DNA from: Asterias rubens
Lineage: Eukaryota
Length of the DNA stretch: 64,000 bases
Reading direction: 5' to 3'
Assembly: GCF_902459465.1 (NCBI RefSeq)
Contig: NC_047068.1
Location: 14,942,001 to 15,006,000, forward strand
Shown: piece by piece, positions 45,701-56,600 of the stretch
How the letters are laid out: every line of letters starts with the position of its first letter
Numbering within the stretch: the stretch's first letter is position 1
The notes under the pieces: generated by a model
The model's input: the letters and a program-made list of their open reading frames with translations, nothing else
What the model was told of the DNA's origin: nothing
The model's database searches: none
Made by a program: the position numbers and the translations under genes

Positions 45701-48091
45701 ACAACAAAAATCATCTGACTATTTTGCTTGCTTTTGATAGAAACAGGGCCCAATTGCATAAAGCCTGTAAGCAAAAAACCTGCTTAGCACAGGAAAATGT
45801 TAGCAGCCAACATTCCATGAAGTTTACGTAATTGTTGCAACTGGTGCCCCACTCATTTTTTTCGCTTAGCAAAGAAATTTGTTCAGCAGTATTTTCTGCT
45901 AAACAGCTTTAAGAAATTGGACCCTGTTCTACACAGCCAAAAAGGCGGTGTGTTTTTGGACAAGTGCTTAGATTCATATAAAGACTAGTAAGTAATAAAT
46001 TGATCGAGCATGAGCAATCTTAGCTTATTTCCTCTTGATATCATTCTTTCCTTTCTTTCCTCACAACTGCGTTTTTTTTAAAGTTTTTTTTAGAATAAAC
46101 AAATTGCGAGCATGATTGATCGAAATGTATGAGCAAACTATGATGTTACCATAGACCATGTAAATGATTAATCTGTGGCGTCAAATATTGATAGAAACAA
46201 AGCCTGGGCTTCCTGCAGGTGTGATTTGTTTGTTCAGCAAGTGCAGTCTCTGTGACTTTGTGAACATCACTTTGCAATTTCCTCCATTTTGCTCTGTCTG
46301 AACAGAGTAAATTGCAGTGTTAAACATTTATTAACAAATCTTGATATTATGTTTACACTTCTTTTGATTAATATGACTACAAAGTGCTCAATTTTTCATA
46401 TGACGGATGTTGTATCTTTCCTGCTAGGAAACGCCCTGGAGTGTACAAACTTGCGTTTTTTGTAAACAATGAGACGTTATGTAAACCACTATATTATCAA
46501 CTCAAGCGAAATCAAGCCTATGACCCGTAATGTAGCTTTATTATGCTTACTAGGTTAAGATCAACAGCCAAAACGTCATTTCACATGTAGAATCTGTGAC
46601 TAGTCAGTGGAGTAACCAGAGATTTTCATTTGGGATTTGGAGCAGGGGCAAAGCAAAATTCTGAAGGGGACTTTTTAGTGTGTCGAACCATTCATTTGTA
46701 CTTTTTTATCTCTTAATTATTACATCGATTAAGTTGAACCTTTCTTCATTGTCTCATATTGATTCTGTTATTTGTACATGCGTTGTTGGATGTATAATAA
46801 TATAAATAAATTAAAAATTCAAGAAAATGTAATCCTGATTTGTTTATAGATTTAGAAGCAATGATTGGAAGTAGAGGTCCACGCATGATAACCAATAAGA
46901 ATCTGCCTCTCTTGGTTCGACAGATGGCGCTACATGCCAATGTAAGTTTTCCTTCAGGAAAATAAAAAAAAGGTTAAATTATTAACCACCTAACCCCTTT
47001 TCACACTATGCTATTTCCCGGGGGCGTCCATAGGGAATAAAGGCTGGCCCTTTCAAACTTTTGATTTCTTTACCCCCGAGCTACCCCGGCAAATGGGAAT
47101 ACCCACCCCTGCTTTGGAGTAGGAGTAAGCGGTAAAGCCAAGGGGTATACTTGAAATATGCAACTTAAACCCAGTGGAATAGGGACCTTGGCGGGGACAG
47201 TTTGTAAGTCTGCAGGGGTAACCGTGGGGTAAGGAAAACTCCTCAGGCCTCCCCAGGGCTGTATACCACGGGGGTGAGAGATACACAGTGTGAAAAGGGC
47301 TTTAGTGTCTTCTGTATTCTCAAAAATTGTCTGTGCCTCAATACTGGTGTTATTTTTTTGGAACATTTTGGCGTATCAGGAGTAATGGTTTAAGCAGCTG
47401 TTAAAATAAGTGAATATGAATACAAAGACAATGTTTTTGAAACAAGTGTGTTTTTTAGGTTTTTTATCTTCAATTTGTATTTATATACCTTGCCCGATAT
47501 ATTTATGGCAAAAGGGTGTTCCTAAAAATGTTGCCGTTCTTTAACGCTCCTTTCCTCTTATACAGAAGTGCCCTCCTCCTTTAAATTCAAAGTGAAGAAA
47601 CACATTATCCACATACCGAGCACCAAATGTGAATTTATTACGGTTTATTTTTTCAGAAAGTCCTAAATCGATGCCAATGTTTTGAGAAGTCTCCCGATTT
47701 TTCGAAAATATACTCAGAGGTATAGCAAGAACATTCTCTAAAGAACAAAATCTACCTGGCCAAAGAAACACACATGGTGTTGCCGCAAACCAAATATTTA
47801 TTGATACCTCACCATGCAATGCCTAAAATCCCATATAATGTTTTGATCATTGTTTCCTTTCAACAGCTAGCGTCTCAAATCTACCAGAGTCAGATGAGGG
47901 GCACCCTGGCTGAGGCGTACACCTCCAACTGGCTTGAACGTCTGCGACAAATCAAACGCCTTCGTGGCAAGATCTCTCAGGGTACTCCTGTCAACTCCTT
48001 GGCTGCAATGGCCGCTGCTTCTTCCGTCAGACAGCAGGAGAAGCGCAAAGGATCTCCAGGGGCTCTGGAAGATTTTACTGATTATGCTTGA
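36480..48091 (+). CDS. TSC2: Tuberin (TSC complex subunit 2), 3' 11 coding exons, ~740 aa including Rap/Rheb-GAP domain; 5' exons not in window
   Basis: join(36480-36753,38389-38562,39098-39219,39914-40677,41725-41803,42189-42275,42765-42951,44015-44154,45532-45610,46850-46941,47867-48091); all GT-AG, phases chain, 2223 nt; tuberin motifs [59 protein letters not shown]. Confidence 0.93.
37321..37661 (+). mobile_element. TTAA MITE family A
   Basis: TTAAGGCACTGGACACTTTTGGTAATT ... AATTACCAACAGTGTTCAGTGCCTTTAA. Confidence 0.8.
38389..38562 (+). CDS. TSC2: TSC2 probable exon (acidic/Ser-rich, symmetric phase 1-1)
   Basis: Open frame [23 protein letters not shown]...; AG/GT boundaries fit phases; no recognisable homology. 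Confidence 0.6.
39098..39219 (+). CDS. TSC2: TSC2 probable exon (phase 1-0)
   Basis: Open frame [10 protein letters not shown]...RDSMDQ, strong donor CAG|GTAAGA; needed to bring phase 1 to the phase 0 of the next exon. Confidence 0.7.
39914..40677 (+). CDS. TSC2: TSC2 large exon (regulatory low-complexity region)
   Basis: TTTTTTGTAG acceptor; [18 protein letters not shown]; donor GTATGT. Confidence 0.88.
41146..41518 (+). mobile_element. TTAA MITE family B, full length
   Basis: Perfect 25-bp inverted ends TTAAAGCCATTGGACCCTTTCGGTA / TACCGAAAGGGTCCAATGGCTTTAA. Confidence 0.92.
41725..41803 (+). CDS. TSC2: TSC2 exon ([12 protein letters not shown])
   Basis: CTCAG acceptor, GTGAGC donor. Confidence 0.9.
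42189..42275 (+). CDS. TSC2: TSC2 exon (start of GAP domain, [11 protein letters not shown])
   Basis: TTTAG acceptor, GTATGA donor. Confidence 0.92.
42765..42951 (+). CDS. TSC2: TSC2 exon ([19 protein letters not shown]...)
   Basis: GAP-domain motifs; ACAG acceptor, GTATGA donor. Confidence 0.92.
44015..44154 (+). CDS. TSC2: TSC2 exon (IFHVATLMP...[15 protein letters not shown])
   Basis: Contains the GAP Asn-thumb region; GTAG acceptor, GTGAGT donor. Confidence 0.93.
44306..44576. mobile_element. 271-bp CCCAGG MITE, 2-bp TSD (CT), copy 2
   Basis: CT-CCCAGGTCAAAATT ... AATTTTGACCTGGG-CT; near-identical to 2262-2532. Confidence 0.85.
45532..45610 (+). CDS. TSC2: TSC2 exon ([14 protein letters not shown])
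   Basis: TTTCTAG acceptor, GTACAA donor. Confidence 0.9.
46850..46941 (+). CDS. TSC2: TSC2 exon ([14 protein letters not shown])
   Basis: TATAG acceptor, GTAAGT donor. Confidence 0.9.
46991..47304. mobile_element. GC-rich MITE with CCCTTTTCACACT TIRs (PIF/Harbinger-like)
   Basis: TAACCCCTTTTCACACT ... AGTGTGAAAAGGGCTTTA. Confidence 0.6.
47867..48091 (+). CDS. TSC2: TSC2 last coding exon
   Basis: LASQI...[12 protein letters not shown]...EDFTDYA stop TGA. Confidence 0.93.
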   Translation, partial: LASQIYQSQMRGTLAEAYTSNWLERLRQIKRLRGKISQGTPVNSLAAMAAASSVRQQEKRKGSPGALEDFTDYA

Positions 48092-48895
48092 GGGCATTGA
48101 CAGGATTTTAGGAAGAGGAGTATACTTTACGACCAGAATTCTCTTTATATTTTTTTAAAATATAGAATTTGGAGTAAATGATACAATTTCTTTCACTGTT
48201 TTGTTGTTTTTGTATGCAAAATAAAACATTTGCAAGTTGTGAATCTATGGAACATTTGAACTGATAGTGCCATAGAGAACGCAAGTCACTCTTTAAAGGT
48301 GAGCTATCCTTGTTTTTGAACCAGACACCATTTGAGTTGGGTGCCCATGTGTAGAGGTCAAAAGATGGTCCTTCACTTGCCAATCCTGTGCCCAAAGTGT
48401 ACATTAAAAATTCTGTGCATCTCATTGTTTTATCACTGTCCCCTCTATTAGATGGCAGCTGGATGACGTCAGTGCCTACGAAAAAGGTGTTGTCTACTTT
48501 TGCAAAATCAGTGATGTTTAAAGTGTAGATGAAATGTAATTTGCATGTTTCACAGAAAGGGACCAATGTTGAACTAGTGGTTGTTCAGTTGCATTTGTAG
48601 GGCATGTGCACAGAATTTATACTACTAACGACTCAAGTTCAAGCCAGAGTTTGGGTTGATTTTAGTTGAACTATGGTCAATGATAGTCCTTGCGCCCTGA
48701 GTGATGGTGGATCTGTCTATATGAAACAGAATTTGGTGTCATCACTTAATAAAACTATTATTAATAAATACAAACTCCATGTAATACAGTGCAATGATTG
48801 ATAAATTAATAAATATTCCTGCACTCAGTGCATCTTACTTGCATTTCAGTTTTTAGAGAGTGTGTCTAATTAACGCACAACCATACAGTGGGAGA

Positions 48896-49150
48896 CTTTG
48901 AAATGCTAGGTGTCAGCAGTTACCAGGTAATTTTGCATTATTTACAGCATTCTGAGCATGCGCACATTAATGAGAACAATGGATTTACTTGGTAAGTCTG
49001 CTGCCACCTATCGTCCCAAAATTGACAGTTTGTCAGCAGTTACCAGGTAATTTTGCATTGTTTACAGCATTCTGAGCATGCGCACATTAATGAGAACAAT
49101 GGATTTACTTGGTAAGTCTGCTGCCACCTATCGTCCCAAAATTGACTGTT
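48896..49150. mobile_element. Small TIR element whose 120-bp core is tandemly duplicated
   Basis: 48911-49030 and 49031-49150 nearly identical; arms TGCTAGGTGTCAGCAG.TTACC and GGTAAGTCTGCTGCCACCTA are imperfect inverted repeats. Confidence 0.75.
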
Positions 49151-50516
49151 GTTGAAAGGGAATGGATTTGTTTGGTAACCACTTCTATAAAAAAAATTGT
49201 CACTAAAAGCTTACTTGGTTTGAAGTACAACAGCTTTCCAAAAGATAAAGTAGAACGATAATCATTTCACTTTGAGGTATATGTATTCCAGTTTTTATGC
49301 CCAAAATTTTAATCTAAGACACGCTACTGTAAGAAACGATTCTCAGATTGTGTGTTCTTTCTGTTTCAACTAAACCACTTCGTGTTTTTTTTGGGTGATA
49401 CATGTATCTTAAAGACACTACCACCTGTTGAGGTTAAATTTTCACATGTTATATTGTATATCTACATTTATATTGGGTCAAAACAATCAAATAGTTCCAC
49501 TTTTGAATACTCTGTCTTGACAGAAATGGTTTTGGGGAAGAGTTTAAAATCATTCCGTTCCTATAGGATGGCAGTAAAGTTGTTGGTAAACAAACCATGT
49601 GACCGAACCTGATATTTGTTAGCGCGTATGAGTGAAAGCATTACAAATTGTTTCATTGTTTTCCTGGATTTTGTGCCAATACCAACTGATTTATGGGATG
49701 TTTAAAGACTTTTTCGCTGACTTTGATTTAAAGGAGTAAGATCTTGGGATTATTGGTACTGGTATAAACCAGTTTTACATTTGATAATCTCAATTCTATC
49801 GACCTTGTAACTTGTGACAAAGCATACCAAAAGAGCCACATGGCCCTTGGCTTCTTGCCAGCTTGATTTGTGCACAGCCTAATGGAAGAAAAGGGTAAAT
49901 TATTTGATGGAGACTGCATCTGATTTAAATTTACTTTTGTTATGTAGAAAGGTGGTATGACATCTCAGAACTTGTAGATCTGTTATTTGTATAACTCTTC
50001 TATTCCGTTATGACACTAATGTCAAATGTAAGATTCCCCATATGACCAGTGCAGTATCTCGCCTACCAGAGAGTACAAGGTTGCGCCTTTCATAAACAAA
50101 TGTTACACAGTCTATATTAGTCTTCAATGTTTTCTGCTGTAAAATTATAATGGACACTTATTGCTCCGATATCTTCCAATTTTAATGATCATGGTGCATG
50201 AACACTATTAATCTGGTCATTTATTACTCCTGGACCATTTATCTCATTCCTTAGCCAATTTCCTGTCGCTAAATGTAGCGCATCATTTGTCAAGCTAAAT
50301 CAGTCACACTTTTACCCCCACATGTACCCATTAACTTCTGAATGGAAGTTAAACAATTTTAGTTAATTGTCTTGCCCAAGGATGGCATGCCACTGCACTT
50401 TTATTATTAGTGTAATCACATCTCAGATATCAACAAATGAAGCATGTGTAATGCACTTGCTAATGCTATTCATACATAATGCACATGAACGATGGAGCTG
50501 CTTCTAAAGTTATCCA

Positions 50517-50535
50517 TACTGCCCTCTAGTGGCAG
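50517..50535 (-). promoter_or_regulatory. Candidate CTCF motif between TSC2 and USP1
   Basis: Minus strand CTGCCACTAGAGGGCAGTA, close to the CTCF consensus. Confidence 0.45.
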
Positions 50536-50540
50536 ATAAT

Positions 50541-50845
50541 GCACTGGACACTATTGGTAATAACTCAAAATAACTATTAGCATAAAAACAATGGAGAGCT
50601 GTTGTGAGAAATGGCTCCCTCTGAAGTAACATAGTTTTTGAGAAAGAGGTAATTTCTTACTCAAATAAAAAAAGGACTCGCTGGCCTGAAGCCTTTTATT
50701 AGACATCTGAAAGCACACAAACTTGTGCAATAAGAGTGTTTCTTTCTTTCATTATTCTCTTGCAACTTCGATGACGAATTGAGTCAAAATTTTCACAGCT
50801 TATTTTGGAATTTTGACAATTACCGAACATGTCCAGTGCCTTTAA
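50541..50845 (+). mobile_element. TTAA MITE family A, left end eroded
   Basis: GCACTGGACACTATTGGTAA ... CATGTCCAGTGCCTTTAA. Confidence 0.75.
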
Positions 50846-51110
50846 TGATCTATCACTGGCATTGTAAAGTAACTGAATAAATAGAAACCAGAATATATAT
50901 TGTTTTGCTTCAAAGTAATAACCTGAAATAAAGTTGAATAAAGTATTTCAGTATGAAACAAGTCATGATTGCACTTCAATGTGTACTTTTTTCTTCTTCT
51001 TAGGGTTTCGTCAAAAAGTGTCAGTACTCTATAAAATAACAATGATAAGAAGTAATTACATAGAGTATAAGAAGCAGAAAATTAATGCACAAAATAACTT
51101 GTTCAATACA

Positions 51111-51425
51111 TTAAAGGAACACGTTGCCTTGGATCGGTCGAGTTGGTCTTTGAAAAGCGTTTGAAACCGTTTGCAATGTTTGGTTTTCCTTTTACGTCGC
51201 GAAGAAACACGGTCCCCCATTTTATGGAGTCAAAATGTTGACTCCATAATATGGCCTGTCGTGTTAGTGGGCAAGGTAAAAGGAAAACCATGCAATTTCG
51301 AGTGATACTTGTGTGGATCATTATACTCTACTTTTAACAATTAACATATCTTTATAACCATATACATTTCATAACAAACGGTTTTCAACAACTCATCCTA
51401 TCCAAGGCAATGTGTACCCCCCTAA
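51111..51425. mobile_element. TTAA-AGGAAC MITE, largely palindromic
   Basis: TTAAAGGAACACGTTGCCTTGGAT ... ATCCAAGGCAATGTGTACC; central GACTCCATAA/TTATGGAGTC inversion. Confidence 0.7.
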
Positions 51426-51510
51426 ATATGTGTTTGAAAGACACCCCTCACAAATGAAAACCCAGCGTTTTGGGAATGCTTCTATCTAAGGATGGTTGAT
51501 GTTTAGACAG

Positions 51511-51716
51511 TAGGGACTTTTCGTTTTCGACGATGGATGGTTCTGCGACGGTTGTTCAGCTAAACGTTGTCGTTTTCAGCACAACGAAGATTCATCCCAA
51601 GTACTGTCGTAGAAATTGAGGGACGACCGTCCTCAAAGCCCACGCATGCGCAGATGACGCCAAATGTCATCTTTACCGTCGCAGAACCATCCGTTGTCGA
51701 AAACGAAAAGTCCCTA
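51511..51716. mobile_element. 206-bp MITE with ~42-bp near-perfect TIRs
   Basis: TAGGGACTTTTCGTTTTCGACGATGGATGGTTCTGCGACGGT / ACCGTCGCAGAACCATCCGTTGTCGAAAACGAAAAGTCCCTA. Confidence 0.85.
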
Positions 51717-52339
51717 ATAATTGTTGATGACCACAAGAGCTACATCAGTTCACTTATTTTAGCTTTTTAATCAAAATGAGCAATTTGAAACTCACACAGC
51801 GTCTTGATTTTGCTCACACGAAAGAGTGATAAGCTAGCAAACAACATGAATATCACAATTTCTGCTTGTAAGGCCCAAACTTGATAAAATGCTGAACTTT
51901 GTCCTATCCCCTTGTGAGTTTTTTTTCATGTGTTAATTTTCCCCTAAATGAGGCTTAAATCTTGAATCAGGCTATATAAGACGGCATCAGCAGAGCCTAC
52001 TGCATGGTTTTAAAATCCTGACAAGATTGCACAAGTTTAAAAAAACATTTATTGTTATGATTTTATCAAAGTAATCTTATAAATGAAATTAAAAAACAGT
52101 AGCCTATACGGCATAGTTTTAGAGCATAAAATTGCCACTTAACACCTTTTCCACCAAGTACAGTCCAGTTCCCAATGCTTGAAAGAAAAGCAAACATATT
52201 TAATAAAACGGCCAATATCTGTTTAAAAAATCTATTGGAAATTTTGTTTGTTTGTGTTGTTGTGTGCCCCCCCCCCCCCCGGGGGGCGGGGTTATTGCAT
52301 AACACAACACAACCAACAAAATAAATCAGACTCTTCCAC

Positions 52340-52528
52340 CGAGAGAGGGCGGGCTTTAAATCTTTTGACGGAAATGGAACTTCTCAAAATGGCGGTAAAC
52401 TTTGTAGAGAAGTTGAGAAAGTTTGGAGAGTTGTAAAACGTACAACTGTTTTCATCTTTGTTTACCAAGTAACATTAATGAGCTGCTAATCTTCTTTATG
52501 ATAAATTTGTCTCCTCACTGAATCTCAG
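52340..52528 (+). promoter_or_regulatory. Probable USP1 core promoter and non-coding first exon
   Basis: GC box GAGGGCGGG (~52346), YY1-type AAAATGGCGG (~52386), strong donor CAG|GTGAGT at 52529; matching acceptor CCTCCAG at 53422 just before the ATG. Confidence 0.5.
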
Positions 52529-53448
52529 GTGAGTGTCAATTATTTTCTGAAGGTTTAATAATTAAATGACAAGAATTGCGATACAAACGTCATCTTTCTG
52601 TGCTGACCTAGCATTCGCGATAGCCAAATACGTCTATTTCCGACAGACGATTTACGCCGGCCACAGAAAGTTGACAATTTTGTGTTTTTCTTAGTAGTAT
52701 TGATTTATCATTTTGAAGAGCTTCTCACTCGATATTTTGTTTCAAATTTCACCCATAAAGTCATTTTTATTTGTAGGCCTACTGTCTGTCTGCTAAACAA
52801 ATTATTCTATCTAATTCTAATTATTAAAATTGAATTAATTTATTTTAGGTAAATTTTTTTTATTTTAAAAAATGAAAATATATATATATTTGTTTCTTTT
52901 TCGTAGGGGTAGGGCTAGGTTTTTCTTTTGAAACAAATAAACTGATATGTGCATACAATAAATTTAAATGTAGTGTTGTAGAATGGAATATCTTTAGTTG
53001 CGTTAACGTAACCCTCCTCCCGACGGCCGCCATGCTGGAGGGTTACGAGATTGTTTCGAGCGACAACGGTTGATCTGGTCCAACACGTACAATTTCGACA
53101 GCTAGTCACCAGATTTGCCTCATTTTTACCACTTTCGAAAATCATGAAACAAATTCTGAGGGTACGAACTTAATCCGCAATGTCTATTTGCAGCCTGCCT
53201 TAATACTCAAAACAACAGTGAAGAAATATTTCGAAGAAAAATGTACAAAAACTTACCAGAACCTGAGCGAAATTCACAGGTTCAAATGTTGAACCTGCGT
53301 GGGGCGGAGCTTCGGCTCTACGTGTGTGTGGGTTAGCAGACCACTGGTTAAAGGAAAAACGCTTTGATTATTCTAATAACATGCGCAACAAGCTTGATGA
53401 ATGCTCATCTTTAAACCTCCAGACAATTGTTTTGAAGCTTCACCTAAG

Positions 53449-53600
53449 ATGGCAAGTTGCTCCAGCCCGCCCAAGAAGAGACCCAAACTGTCATTGAAGT
53501 TCATGAGGAAGGAGAAGCAGCCAATAAAAGATGAAAAAAGTGATGAGTCGTGTAGTCAGATGAGCAGTAATGGGAGGACCATGCACTCTGCCCCGTTTAG
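53449..53600 (+). CDS. USP1: USP1 coding exon 1
   Basis: AAGATGG start context; donor GTAAGG, phase 2. Confidence 0.85.
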
Positions 53601-56600
53601 GTAAGGAGGTCCCACTAGGGTCCAATTTTATAGAGGTGCTTAGAAGCATCCGCTAAACAGAAATGAGTAGGATAACAGTTCATGTGACGTGGAAGCTTGG
53701 CTGGTAACCACATTACTTCAAAGTGAAATGTTTCTCAAAATACTTTATATACTATCGGAAGCTGCTGCAGGCTTGCCGCTTCTAACCAAAAACTGTGATT
53801 GCCGTTAATTTAAAGGTTGATTACCAAATGTCTTTCCTTTTATCAGCTGTGTATCCTTCAAGCAGGATTTGGGATTTAATTTTCTTTAACAAAACAATTG
53901 ATTTGCAGCCAGTCGAGTACAACAAACAGCAGCACCATGGATCCGAGTTCCTCGTCCAATAAAGAGAGCCAGCTTGAGGTTGCACGCTCGCTTCCGCCCC
54001 CATATTCAGGTCTGCAGAACCTTGGTAATACCTGCTACCTGAACAGTGTACTCCAAGCCCTTCGCTTCTGCCCTGGGTTCTGTCAGGGGTTGTGTCAGCT
54101 GACTGGGGTGTGGGAGAAGCTGAGGGAGGAACTAAGAGAAGAGAACGGGGCAGGCGATCATATCGACATGAAGGCATGCGGGCGGGAAATGCAGTTTGTC
54201 ATCAATTTGAAGAAGGTAAGATTAAAATACTGATACTCTGGATCAGACACTTGTGGGGTGTTGTGGCTGAGGGAGGGGATAAGAACACTGGACTCAAGAT
54301 TTAGCGTTTCTGATCAGCAGAGTGTGGGTTTGCGTCCCGGTTAAAGGCAGTGGACACCTTGGTAATTACTCAAAATAATTATTAGCATAAAACCCTACGT
54401 GGTGACGAGTAATGGGGAGATGTTGATGGTATAAAACAATGTGAGAAATGGCTCCCTCTGAAGTGCCATAGTTTTGGCTGCATATTGCCCCACAACCCTT
54501 TGTAAACTGTTACATGGTGCTATGTAAAGAAATTAGTCTCATACTTCAAGCTCCACAATACCTTGCAGGAAAATACTGAATGTCAAAGTGCCTTGAGCAC
54601 CACTGAGTGATGGATATGAGTGCTATTTAAGAAGCTAGGATTATATAATCTTGTTCATCTAATAATAATAAATAATAATAATATCAAAGTCTTATATAGC
54701 GCCTGTATCTACCAACGAGGTACTCAAGGTGCTGAGTATATACAAACTTTCAGAAAGATAGGTTACTGAAGTGGTCAATTCTGAGACCCAATTATGTATC
54801 ACCTTATAAGGGTTTACAAGGTGCTACGGCGCCTACAGCAGTCACAGCCAGGAACACCTGGGGAACTCCTTCTCTTTTACATGCATTACATAACACATGG
54901 GACCAACGTCTTAATGTCCCATTCGATGGATGAAGCATTGGTTAAGTGTCTTGCTTAAGCAGGCCTGGAATTACACGGCGGCCACGACGGCCATGGCCGT
55001 CGATGCCCTTCCAACTGGCCGTGATGCCCCTCGAAAAAATACCATTTTCACAGCCAAAACTGCCGTGCCCTTTTTCCCCGTTGGCCGTCGTGCCCTTTTT
55101 TTACCCAAGCCCAAGATTTTATTATTGACACAAACATTTGTTTTCGGCCGACTACTTACGGCCGACAATATTAATCCAGGGAACTCTATAGCAGTCATGG
55201 TATTCAACGTTATAAGTGCAACGGAGATTCCACTCCCGAGTCATCGCACATGCTAGCGCTAAACTGCATCGCATATAGTCCACACGCTCGTTTATCCGAC
55301 AGCGCGATTTCACAAGGAACCAGTCTAACACAATCCATTGATCAACAGAGGGCGCTGTTGTTAAAATACCCATATATGGTATCCTCCGTTTGTGAACGGA
55401 CGAAATATTGTTGGTGAATGAAATGACTCTTGGAAATGTTTACGAAGGAATTTGCCAAAATAAAGCACAAAAAGAGCGTTTGGAGGAAGATGTAAAAGAT
55501 AAATTTGAGAACTATGCCCCCAAATGCAAGAAAGTTAACTTACAATTATTTTTTTCTTCATAGAAATTTTGTTTTTATTACTATTTTTTTACTTCTTCTT
55601 TTTACAAAATCATTGGATCCCAATGTGCACTTAATTTTTGTTTGTATTCTTGCACTTTATAAGTTACGATTTACTTTTGCTTTTTTCTTAATAGCTGTAT
55701 GATAAGATGTCTGTCAGAGAGGATGACTACATTGCAGATCCAACCACAGACACACTAATGTCGCCCTCGCCTGATGAAGTGCTGGAAACTATCAGGTAAG
55801 GGTGTTTTGGGGGCAATAATCCTCAGTAAGAATAGTGAATGAATAATGCCTTCTACTTTCTCTCTTGCTTGGGCCGTGTCGGAATTGGCGGCTATGATTA
55901 AGGCTGGATCATGCATTAAAGTATAGGCAGTGCTCAGTAGTCCTTAGCTACACTGGTAGCCAACGCTGTAGACTCCAATTCAGATAAGGCCTTAATTTTG
56001 TCTCCACTTTCAGGGGTATAATTTTTATTTTAAGTCAAATTTCATTTTTGTTATCTTGTAATATATGTAATTTGTTAATTTGATAATTACTCCACAAATT
56101 AATGACCATAAAAACTAACTTGGTAAAAAGCACTGCAGCGTTTAATAATATATTTATAACATTTTGAGAAATGATTCCCTTGAAAGGGATTTGGTTTAAG
56201 AGAAAGAGATTACAAAAAAGTTCAAAAATTTGTTTGGTTAACTTTCAGGGATTTGAATCCGATGTTTCAAGGCTTCCTGCAGCATGACTCTCAAGAGATG
56301 CTGTGTTGTCTCCTAAGCTATCTCCTTGAGGCCTGTCAGAAACTCAAGAAACAGTTCAAGATGCATCACAAAACGCCACGAGACATCAAGACAGGCAAGC
56401 TTGGAGTGGAGTCCAGCAAGGAGAACAAGTCCAAGTGTGAAGTAAAGTCGCAAACTGAGACTCTAAACGGAAGTGTAAAGGACTCAGTTTCTGAAAGAGA
56501 ACCAGAAATGCAAGGGTCAAATCCAGCTGGACTTGGTTCCCCTTTGAATTGTACGTCACCTTCTAATACTGCAAATGGTTCTGGGAATGTAATAAAAGAC

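Noticed and set aside
48092-52300. PKD1-like gene tail-to-tail with TSC2 as in vertebrates
   Set aside because: No coding signal; only 3' UTR-like DNA and MITEs before the USP1 promoter region
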